Shown one piece after another: positions 1-12,400 of a stretch of 64,000 bases of DNA; position 1 is the first letter of the stretch, and each line of letters begins with the position of its first letter. The notes below the pieces were generated by a model. It saw only the letters and a list, made by a program, of their open reading frames with translations. It ran no database searches and was not told the origin of the DNA. The stretch lies in NCBI RefSeq assembly GCF_009914755.1, contig NC_060939.1. One strand, 5' to 3'. The DNA comes from the human T2T-CHM13v2.0 reference genome, Homo sapiens. The translations under genes were made by a program, and so were the position numbers.

Positions 1-1632
1 TTATCCATTTCAAGCCATTCCACTCCATTCCATTCCACTCGTTTCCTTTCCATTCGAGTCCATTCCTCTCCAGTCCATTCCGTTCAATCCATTCCATTCC
101 AGTCCGTTCCATTCGAGTCCGTTCCATTCCAGTCCATTCCATTTGAGTCAATTCCATTCCATTCGATGTCTTTCCATAACGATCCATTCCATTCTATTCC
201 TTTCGATTCCATTCCATTCTATTTCATTCCATTCGATTCCCTTCCATTGGACTCCTTTCCATTCGAGTGCATTCCATTCCGTTCCATTTCTTTCCGTTCT
301 GTACGATTCCTACCGTTCGATTTCATTTTGTTCCAGTCCATTCCTTTCGCGTCCATTCCATTCCATTTCACTCCATTCGATTCCATTCCACTCGATTCCA
401 CTTCGTTCCATTTCATTGCATTCCATTCTATTCAACTCTATTGCCTTCCATTCCATTCCATTCGATTACATTCCATGCGATTCCATTCGAAATCGAATCA
501 ATTACATTGCAATCCATTACTATTGAGTCCGTTTTATTCCAGTCCACTGCATTCTGGTCCATTCCATTTGATTCCATTCCATTTTATTCCATTCCATACA
601 GTTGCATTCCATTGGATTCCATGCTATATCTATAAATTCAATTCGAGACCATTGTTTTTGAGTCCATTCTATATGTTTCCATTCCATTCAAGTCCATTAC
701 ATTTGGTTCAATTCCATTCCATTCCATTCCCTTCCATTCCATTCCAGTTGATATCAATCCATTCGATTCCATTCCATTCGAGCACATTCCATTCGAGTCC
801 ATTCCATTCGATGCCATTCCATTTGATTCTATTCCATTAGTCTCCATTCAATTCCATTAATCTCCATTCCATTCCATTCTACTCCAACTGATTCCATTCC
901 ATTCTATTCCTTTGCATTCCATTTCATTCCATTCCATTCCATTTCATTCCATTCCATTCCAATCGCTTCCATTCCATTCATGTCCATTCCACTCCAGTCC
1001 ATTCCATTTGTGTCCACTGCATTCCATTCCACTCCATTCCATATTATTCCATTACACTCCATTCCATTCTATTACTTTCATTTCCATTCAATTCCATTCC
1101 ATTTGATTCCATTCCACTCGGTTTCATTCCATTTGAGTCCACTCCATTCCATTCCATTCCATTCCATTCAGTTCCATTCCATTCTGTTCCATTGCATTCC
1201 ATTCCATTCGGTACCATTCCATATTGTTCCATTCGATTCCATTCGAATCCATTCCATTCCAGTCCATTCCATTCGATTCCATTCCATTCCTTTCAATTCC
1301 ATTCCACTCCATTCCATTCCACTTGATTCCACTCCATTCCCTTCCACTGCATTCCATTCGATTCCATTCCATTGCATTGCATTCCATTCCATTGGACTGC
1401 ATTCCATTCGATTCCATTCCATTCGAATCAATTACATAGCAATCCATTACATTCGAGTCTATTCTATTCCGTTCCATTCGATTTCGTTCCAATCCATTCG
1501 ATTCCATTCCATTCGATTCCATTCCATACTATTGCATTCCATTCGATTACATTATATTCGAATAAGTTCCATTCAAGACCATTTCTTTTGAGTCCATTCT
1601 ATTTGAGTCCATTCCCTTTGATTCCATAACAT

Positions 1633-3426
1633 TTGAGTCCATTCAATTCCATTCCTTTCGTTTCCATTCCATTTGATGCCATTCCGTTCAATTCTGTTCT
1701 ACTCGACTCCAATACATTCAATTCCATTCCATCCGATTCCATTACATTCTTTTCATTTCTTATCCATTTCAAGCCATTCCACTCCATTCCATTCCACTCG
1801 TTTCCTTTCCATTCGAGTCCATTCCTCTCCAGTCCATTCCGTTCAATCCATTCCATTCCAGTCCATTCCATTCGAGTCCGTTCCATTCCAGTCCATTCCA
1901 TTCGAGTCAATTCCATTCCATTCGATGTCTTTCCATAACGATCCATTCCATTCTATTCCTTTCGATTCCATTCCATTCTATTTCATTCCATTCGATTCCC
2001 TTCCATTGGACTCCTTTCCATTAGAGTGCATTCCATTCCGTTCCATTTCTTTCCGTTCTGTACGATTCCTACCGTTTGATTTCATTTTGTTCCAGTCCAT
2101 TCCTTTCGCGTCCATTCCATTCCATTTCACTCCATTCGATTCCTTTCCACTCGATTCCACTTCGTTCCATTTCATTGCATTCCATTCTATTCAACTCTAT
2201 TGCCTTCCATTCCATTCCATTCGATTACATTCCATGCGATTCCATTCGAAATCGAATCAATTACATTGCAATCCATTACTATTGAGTCCGTTTTATTCCA
2301 GTCCACTGCATTCTGGTCCATTCCATTTGATTCCATTCCATTCTATTCCATTCCATACAGTTGCATTCCATTGGATTCCATTCTATATCTATAAATTCAA
2401 TTCGAGACCATTGCTTTTGAGTCCATTCTATATGATTCCATTCCATTCAAGTCCATTACATTTGGTTCAATTCCATTCCATTCCATTCCCTTCCATTCCA
2501 TTCCAGTTGATATCAATCCATTCGATTCCATTCCATTCGAGCACATTCCATTCGAGTCCATTCCATTCGATGCCATTCCATTTGATTCTATTCCATTAGT
2601 CTCCATTCAATTCCACTAATCTCCATTCCATTCCATTCTACTCCAACTGATTCCATTCCATTCTATTCCTTTCCATTCCATTTCATTCCATTCCATTCCA
2701 TTTCATTCCATTCCATTCCATTCGTGTCCATTCCACTCCAGTCCATTCCATTCGTGTCCATTCCATTCCAGTCCATTCCATTTGTGTCCCCTGCATTCCA
2801 TTACACTCCATTCCATATTATTCCATTACACTCCATTCAATTCTATTACTTTCATTTCCATTCAATTCCATTCCATTTGATTCCATTCCACTCGGTTTCA
2901 TTCCATTTGAGTCCACTCCATTCCATTCCATTCCATTCCATTCAGTTCCATTCCATTCTGTTCCATTCCATTCCGTTCCATTACATTCCATTCCATTCGG
3001 TACCATTCCATATTGTTCCATTCGATTCCATTCGAATCCATTCCATTCCAGTCCATTCCATTCGATTCCAATCCATTCATTTCAATTCCATTCCATTCCA
3101 TTCCATTACATTCCACTTGATTCCTCTCCATTCCCTTCCACTGCATTCCGTTCGATTCCATTCCATTGCATTGCATTCCATTCCATTGGATTGCATTCCA
3201 TTCGATTCCATTCCATTCGAATCAATTACATAGCAATCTATTACATTCGAGTCTATTCTATTCTGTTCCATTCGATTTCGTTCCAATCCATTCGATTCCA
3301 TTCCATTCGATTCCATTCCATACTATTGCATTCCATTCGATTACATTATATTCGAATAAGTTCCATTCAAGACCATTTCTTTTGAGTCTATTCTATTTGA
3401 GTCCATTCCCTTTGATTCCATAACAT
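1633..3426 (+). repeat. Representative 1794-bp unit, subtype A
   Basis: Landmark recurs at 1633 and 3427. Diagnostic motifs: 'cattcatttcaa', 'attacattccacttgattcctctcc', 'ttggattgc'; lacks 'ttcgcttcc'. Confidence 0.9.
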
Positions 3427-6400
3427 TTGAGTCCATTCAATTCCATTCCTTTCGTTTCCATTCCATTTGATGCCATTCCATTCAATTCTGTTCTACTCGA
3501 CTCCAATACATTCAATTCCATTCCATCCGATTCCATTACATTCTTTTCATTTCTTATCCATTTCAAGCCATTCCACTCCATTCCATTCCACTCGTTTCCT
3601 TTCCATTCGAGTCCATTCCTCTCCAGTCCATTCCGTTCAATCCATTCCATTCCAGTCCATTCCATTCGAGTCCGTTCCATTCCAGTCCATTCCATTCGAG
3701 TCAATTCCATCCCATTCGATGTCTTTCCATAACGATCCATTCCATTCTATACCTTTCGATTCCATTCCATTCTATTTCATTCCATTCGATTCCCTTCCAT
3801 TGGACTCCTTTCCATTCGAGTGCATTCCATTCCGTTCCATTTTTTCCGTTCTGTACGATTCCTACCGTTCGATTTCATTTTGTTCCAGTCCATTCCTTTC
3901 GCGTCCATTCCATTCCATTTCTCTCCATTCGATTCCATTCCACTCGATTCCACTTCGTTCCATTTCATTGCATTCCATTCTATTCAACTCTATTGCCTTC
4001 CATTCCATTCCATTCGATTACATTCCATGCGATTCCATTCGAAATCGAATCAATTACATTGCAATCCCTTACAATTGAGTCCGTTTTATTCCAGTCCACT
4101 GCATTCTGGTCCATTCCATTTGATTCCATTCCATTCTATTCCATTCCATACAATTGCATTCAATTGGATTCCATGCTATATCTATAAATTCAATTCGAGA
4201 CCATTGCTTTTGAGTCCATTCTATATGATTCCATTCCATTCAAGTCCATTACATTTGGTTCAATTCCATTCCATTCCATTCCCTTCCATTCCATTCCAGT
4301 TGATATCAATCCATTCGATTCCATTCCATTCGAGCACATTCCATTCGAGTCCATTCCACTCGATTCCATTCCATTTGATTCTATTCCATTAGTCTCCATT
4401 CAATTCCATTAATCTCCATTCCATTCCATTCTACTCCAACTGATTCCATTCCATTCTATTCCTTTCCATTCCATTTCATTCCATTCCATTCCATTTCATT
4501 CCATTCCATTCCATTCGTGTCCATTCCACTCCAGTCCATTCCATTCGTGTCCATTCCATTCCAGTCCATTCCATTTGTGTCCACTGCATTCCATTCCACT
4601 CCATTCCATATTATTCCATTACACTCCATTCCATTCTATTACTTTCATTTCCATTCAATTCCATTCCATTTCATTCCATTCCACTCGGTTTCATTCCATT
4701 TGAGTCCACTCCATTCCATTCCATTCCATTCAGTTCCATTCCATTCTGTTCCATTCCATTTCGTTCCATTACATTCCATTCCATTCGGTACCATTCCATA
4801 TTTTTCCATTCGATTCCATTCGAATCCATTCCATTCCAGTCCATTCCATTCGATTCCATTCCATTCATTTCAATTCCATTCCATTCCATTCCATTACATT
4901 CCACTTGATTCCTCTCCATTCCCTTCCACTGCATTCCATTCGATTCCATTCCATTGCATTGCATTCCATTCCATTGGATTGCATTCCATTCGATTCCATT
5001 CCATTCGAATCAATTACATAGCAATCCATTACATTCGAGTCTATTCTATTCCGTTCCATTCGATTTCGTTCCAATCCATTCAATTCCATTCCATTCGATT
5101 CCATTCCATACTATTGCATTCCATTCGATTACATTATATTCGAATAAGTTCCATTCAAGACCATTTCTTTTGAGTCCATTCTATTTGAGTCCATTCCCTT
5201 TGATTCCATAACATTTGAGTCCATTCAATTCCATTCCTTTCGTTTCCATTCCATTTGATGCCATTCCATTCAATTCTGTTCTACTCGACTCCAATACATT
5301 CAATTCCATTCCATCCGATTCCATTACATTCTTTTCATTTCTTATCCATTTCAAGCCATTCCACTCCATTCCATTCCACTCGTTTCCTTTCCATTCGAGT
5401 CCATTCCTCTCCAGTCCATTCCGTTCAATCCATTCCATTCCAGTCCATTCCATTCGAGTCCGTTCCATTCCAGTCCATTCCATTCGAGTCAATTCCATCC
5501 CATTCGATGTCTTTCCATAACGATCCATTCCATTCTATTCCTTTCGATTCCATTCCATTCTATTTCATTCCATTCGATTCCCTTCCATTGGACTCCTTTC
5601 CATTCGAGTGCATTCCATTCCGTTCCATTTCTTTCCGTTCTGTACGATTCCTACCGTTCGATTTCATTTTGTTCCAGTCCATTCCTTTCGCGTCCATTCC
5701 ATTCCATTTCACTCCATTCGATTCCATTCCACTCGATTCCACTTCGTTCCATTTCATTGCATTCCATTCTATTCAACTCTATTGCCTTCCATTCCATTCC
5801 ATTCCATTACATTCCATGCGATTCCATTCGAAATCGAATCAATTACATTGCAATCCATTACTATTGAGTCCATTTTATTCCAGTCCACTGCATTCTGGTC
5901 CATTCCATTTGATTCCATTCCATTCTATTCCATTCCATACAGTTGCATTCCATTGGATTCCATTCTATATCTATAAATTCAATTCGAGACCATTGCTTTT
6001 GAGTCCATTCTATATGATTCCATTCCATTCAAGTCCATTACATTTGGTTCAATTCCATTCCATTCCAGTTGATATCAATCCATTCGATTCCATTCCATTC
6101 GAGCACATTCCATTCGAGTCCATTCCATTCGATGCCATTCCATTTGATTCTATTCCATTAGTCTCCATTCAATTCCATTAATCTCCATTCCATTCCATTC
6201 TACTCCAACTGATTCCATTCCATTCTATTCCTTTCCATTCCATTTCATTCCATTCCATTCCATTTCATTCCATTCCATTCCATTCGTGTCCATTCCTCTC
6301 CAGTCCATTCCATTCGTGTCCATTCCATTCCAGTCCATTCCATTTGTGTCCACTGCATTCCATTCCACTCCATTCCATATTATTCCATTACACTCCATTC

Positions 6401-9400
6401 CATTCTATTACTTTCATTTCCATTCAATTCCATTCCATTTGATTCCATTCCACTCGGTTTCTTTCCATTTGAGTCCACTCCATTCCATTCCATTCCATTC
6501 CATTCAGTTCCATTCCATTCTGTTCCATTCCATTCCGTTCCATTACATTCCATTCCATTCGGTACCATTCCATATTGTTCCATTCGATTCCATTCGAATC
6601 CATTCCATTCCAGTCCATTCCATTCGATTCCATTCCATTCATTTCAATTCCATTCCATTCCATTCCATTACATTCCACTTGATTCCTCTCCATTCCCTTC
6701 CACTGCATTCCGTTCGATTCCATTCCATTGCATTGCATTCCATTCCATTGGATTGCATTCCATTCGATTCCATTCCATTCGAATCAATTACATTGCAACC
6801 CATTACATTCGAGTCTATTCTCTTCCGTTCCATTCGATTTCGTTCCAATCCATTCGATTCCATTCCATTCGATTCCATTCCATACTATTGCATTCCATTC
6901 GATTACATTATATTCGAATAAGTTCCATTCAAGACCATTTCTTTTGAGTCCATTCTATTTGAGTCCATTCCCTTTGATTCCATAACATTTGAGTCCATTC
7001 AATTCCATTCCTTTCGTTTGCATTCCATTTGATGCCATTCCATTCAATTCTGTTCTACTCGACTCCAATACATTCAATTCCATTCCATCCGATTCCATTA
7101 CATTCTTTTCATTTCTTATCCATTTCAAGCCATTCCACTCCATTCCATTCCACTCGTTTCCTTTCCATTCGAGTCCATTCCTCTCCAGTCCATTCCGTTC
7201 AATCCATTCCATTCCAGTCCATTCCATTCGAGTCCGTTCCATTCCAGTCCATTCCATTCGAGTCAACTCCATCCCATTCGATGTCTTTCCATAACGATCC
7301 ATTCCATTCTATTCCTTTCGATTCCATTCCATTCTATTTCATTCCATTCTATTCCCTTCCATTGGACTCCTTTCCATTCGAGTGCATTCCATTCCGTTCC
7401 ATTTCTTTCCGTTCTGTACAATTCCTACCGTTCGATTTCATTTTGTTCCAGTCCATTATTTTCGCGTCCATTCCATTCCATTTCACTCCATTCGATTCCA
7501 TTCCACTCGATTCCACTTCGTTCCATTTCATTGCATTCCATTCTATTCAACTCTATTGCCTTCCATTCCATTCCATTCGATTACATTCCATGCGATTCCA
7601 TTCGAAATCGAATCAATTACATTGCAATCCATTACTATTGAGTCCGTTTTATTCCAGTCCACTGCATTCTGGTCCATTCCATTTGATTCCATTCCATTCT
7701 ATTCCATTCCATACAGTTGCATTCCATTGGATTCCATGCTATATCTATAAATTCAATTCGAGACCATTGCTTTTGAGTCCATTCTATATGATTCCATTCC
7801 ATTCAAGTCCATTACATTTGGTTCAATTCCATTCCATTCCATTCCCTTCCATTCCATTCCAGTTGATATCAATCCATTCGATTCCATTCCATTCGAGCAC
7901 ATTCCATTCGAGTCCATTCCATTCGATGCCATTCCATTTGATTCTATTCCATTAGTCTCCATTCAATTCCATTAATCTCCATTCCATTCCATTCTACTCC
8001 AACTGATTCCATTCCATTCTATTCCTTTCCATTCCATTTCATTCCATTCCATTCCATTTCATTCCATTCCATTCCATTCGTGTCCATTCCACTCCAGTCC
8101 ATTCCATTCGTGTCCATTCCATTCCAGTCCATTCCATTTGTGTCCCCTGCATTCCATTACACTCCATTCCATATTATTCCATTACACTCCATTCAATTCT
8201 ATTACTTTCATTTCCATTCAATTCCATTCCATTTGATTCCATTCCACTCGGTTTCATTCCATTTGAGTCCACTCCATTCCATTCCATTCCATTCCATTCA
8301 GTTCCATTCCATTCTATTCCATTCCATTCCGTTCCATTACATTCCATTCCATTCGGTACCATTCCATATTGTTCCATTCGATTCCATTCGAATCCATTCT
8401 ATTCCATTCCATTCCATTCGATTCCATTCCATTCATTTCAATTCCATTCCATTCCATTCCATTACATTCCACTTGATTCCTCTCCATTCCCTTCCACTGC
8501 ATTCCGTTCGATTCCATTCCATTGCATTGCGTTCCATTCCATTGGATTGCATTCCATTCGATTCCATTCCATTCGAATCAATTACATAGCAATCCATTAC
8601 ATTCGAGTCTATTCTATTCCGTTCCATTCGATTTCGTTCCAATCCATTCGATTCCATTCCATTCGATTCCATTCCATACTATTGCATTCCATTCGATTAC
8701 ATTATATTCGAATAAGTTCCATTCAAGACCATTTCTTTTGAGTCCATTCTATTTGAGTCCATTCCCTTTGATTCCATAACATTTGAGTCCATTCAATTCC
8801 ATTCCTTTCGTTTCCATTCCATTTGATGCCATTCCATTCAATTCTGTTCTACTCGACTCCAATACATTCAATTCCATTCCATCCGATTCCATTACATTCT
8901 TTTCATTTCTTATCCATTTCAAGCCATTCCACTCCATTCCATTCCACTCGTTTCCTTTCCATTCGAGTCCATTCCTCTCCAGTCCATTCCGTTCAATCCA
9001 TTCCATTCCAGTCCATTCCATTCGAGTCCGTTCCATTCCAGTCCATTCCATTCGAGTCAATTCCATCCCATTCGATGTCTTTCCATAACGATCCATTCCA
9101 TTCTATTCCTTTCGATTCCATTCCATTCTATTTCATTCCATTCGATTCCCTTCCATTGGACTCCTTTCCATTCGAGTGCATTCCATTCCGTTCCATTTCT
9201 TTCCGTTCTGTACGATTCCTACCGTTCGATTTCATTTTGTTCCAGTCCATTCCTTTCGCGTCCATTCCATTCCATTTCACTCCATTCGATTCCATTCCAC
9301 TCGATTCCACTTCGTTCCATTTCATTGCATTCCATTCTATTCAACTCTATTGCCTTCCATTCCATTCCATTCGATTACATTCCATGCGATTCCATTCGAA

Positions 9401-12400
9401 ATCGAATCAATTACATTGCAATCCATTACTATTGAGTCCGTTTTATTCCAGTCCACTGCATTCTGGTCCATTCCATTTGATTCCATTCCATTCTATTCCA
9501 TTCCATACAGTTGCATTCCATTGGATTCCATGCTATATCTATAAATTCAATTCGAGACCATTGCTTTTGAGTCCATTCTATATGATTCCATTCCATTCAA
9601 GTCCATTACATTTGGTTCAATTCCATTCCATTCCCTTCCCTTCCATTCCATTCCATTTGATATCAATCCATTCGATTCCATTCCATTCGAGCACATTCCA
9701 TTCGAGTCCATTCCATTCGATGCCATTCCATTTGATTCTATTCCATTAGTCTCCATTCAATTCCATTAATCTCCATTCCATTCCATTCTACTCCAACTGA
9801 TTCCATTCCATTCTATTCCTTTCCATTCCATTTCATTCCATTCCATTCCATTTCATTCCATTCCATTCCATTCGTGTCCATTCCACTCCAGTCCATTCCA
9901 TTCGTGTCCATTCCATTCCAGTCCATTCCATTTGTGTCCACTGCATTCCATTCCACTCCATTCCATATTATTCCATTACACTCCATTCCATTCTATTACT
10001 TTCATTTCCATTCAATTCCATTCCATTTGATTCCATTCCACTCGGTTTCATTCCATTTGAGTCCACTCCATTCTATTCCATTCCATTCCATTCAGTTCCA
10101 TTCCATTCTGTTCCATTCCATTCCGTTCCATTACATTCCATTCCATTCGGTACCATTCCATATTGTTCCATTCGATTCCATTCGAATCCATTCCATTCCA
10201 GTCCATTCCATTCGATTCCATTCCATTCATTTCAATTCCATTCCATTCCATTCCATTACATTCCACTTGATTCCTCTCCATTCCCTTCCACTGCATTCCG
10301 TTCGATTCCATTCCATTGCATTGCATTCCATTCCATTGGATTGCATTCCATTCGATTCCATTCCATTCGAATCAATTACATAGCAATCCATTACATTCGA
10401 GTCTATTCTATTCCGTTCCATTCGATTTCGTTCCAATCCATTCGATTCCATTCCATTCGATTCCATTCCATACTATTGCATTCCATTCGATTACATTATA
10501 TTCGAATAAGTTCCATTCAAGACCATTTCTTTTGAGTCCATTCTATTTGAGTCCATTCCCTTTGATTCCATAACATTTGAGTCCATTCAATTCCATTCCT
10601 TTCGTTTGCATTCCATTTGATGCCATTCCATTCAATTCTGTTCTACTCGACTCCAATACATTCAATTCCATTCCATCCGATTCCATTACATTCTTTTCAT
10701 TTCTTATCCATTTCAAGCCATTCCACTCCATTCCATTCCACTCGTTTCCTTTCCATTCGAGTCCATTCCTCTCCAGTCCATTCCGTTCAATCCATTCCAT
10801 TCCAGTCCATTCCATTCGAGTCCGTTCCATTCCAGTCCATTCCATTCGAGTCAATTCCATTCCATTCGATGTCTTTCCATAACGATCCATTCCATTCTAT
10901 TCCTTTCGATTCCATTCCATTCTATTTCATTCCATTCGATTCCCTTCCATTGGACTCCTTTCCATTCGAGTGCATTCCATTCCGTTCCATTTCTTTCCGT
11001 TCTGTACGATTCCTACCGTTCGATTTCATTTTGTTCCAGTCCATTCCTTTCGCGTCCATTCCATTCCATTTCACTCCATTCGATTCCATTCCACTCGATT
11101 CCACTTCGTTCCATTTCATTGCATTCCATTCTATTCAACTCTATTGCCTTCCATTCCATTCCATTCGATTACATTCCATGCGATTCCATTCGAAATCGAA
11201 TCAATTACATTGCAATCCATTACTATTGAGTCCATTTTATTCCAGTCCACTGCATTCTGGTCCATTCCATTTGATTCCATTCCATTCTATTCCATTCCAT
11301 ACAGTTGCATTCCATTGGATTCCATTCTATATCTATAAATTCAATTGGAGACCATTGCTTTTGAGTCCATTCTATATGATTCCATTCCATTCAAGTCCAT
11401 TACATTTGGTTCAATTCCATTCCATTCCATTCTCTTCCATTCCATTCCAGTTGATATCAATCCATTCGATTCCATTCCATTCGAGCACATTCCATTCGAG
11501 TGCATTCCATTCGATGCCATTCCATTTGATTCTATTCCATTAGTCTCCATTCAATTCCATTAATCTCCATTCCATTCCATTCTACTCCAACTGATTCCAT
11601 TCCATTCTATTCCTTTCCATTCCATTTCACTCCATTCCATTCCATTTCATTCCATTCCATTCCATTCGCTTCCATTCCATTCGTGTCCATTCCACTCCAG
11701 TCCATTCCATTCGTGTCCATTCCATTCCAGTCCATTCCATTTGTGTCCACTGCATTCCATTCCACTCCATTCCATATTATTCCATTACACTCCATTCCAT
11801 TCTATTACTTTCATTTCCATTCAATTCCATTCCATTTGATTCCATTCCACTCGGTTTCATTCCATTTGAGTCCACTCCATTCCATTCCATTCCATTCCAT
11901 TCAGTTCCATTCCATTCTGTTCCATTCCATTCCGTTCCATTGCATTCCATTCCATTCGGTACCATTCCATATTGTTCCATTCGATTCCATTCGAATCCAT
12001 TCCATTCCAGTCCATTCCATTCGATTCCATTCCATTCCTTTCAATTCCATTCCATTCCATTCCATTCCACTTGATTCCACTCCATTCCCTTCCACTGCAT
12101 TCCATTCGATTCCATTCCATTGCATTGCATTCCATTCCATTGGACTGCATTCCATTCGATTCCATTCCATTCGAATCAATTACATAGCAATCCATTACAT
12201 TCGAGTCTATTCTATTCCGTTCCATTCGATTTCGTTCCAATCCACTCGATTCCATTCCATTCGATTCCATTCCATACTATTGCATTCCATTCTATTACAT
12301 TATATTCGAATAAGTTCCATTCAAGACCATTTCTTTTGAGTCCATTCTATTTGAGTCCATTCCCTTTGATTCCATAACATTTGAGTCCATTCAATTCCAT

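Noticed and set aside
611-640. TATA-like 'TATAAAT' (631) with a nearby reverse CCAAT, once per unit
   Set aside because: The spacing is not promoter-like, the motif is the diverged homolog of 'gaataagtt' in the other half-unit, and the sequence gives no evidence of initiation.
1550-1575. Canonical heat-shock element (nGAAnnTTCn arrays)
   Set aside because: TTC and GAA occur abutting (TTCGAA) or four bases apart, not with the 2-bp spacing of a canonical inverted HSE, so it cannot be called from sequence.
1599-1946. Minus-strand MEWNG-repeat ORFs
   Set aside because: These are the translation of (GGAAT)n, with no protein-like complexity and no other sign of coding.
1673-2599. 308-aa + strand ORF recurring in nearly every unit (and all other FHSIP-rich ORFs)
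   Set aside because: (CATTC)n translates to FHSIP repeats and has no stop codons. Many starts are TTG/GTG. The ORF recurs only because the DNA unit recurs, and it is freely frameshifted or truncated in several units.
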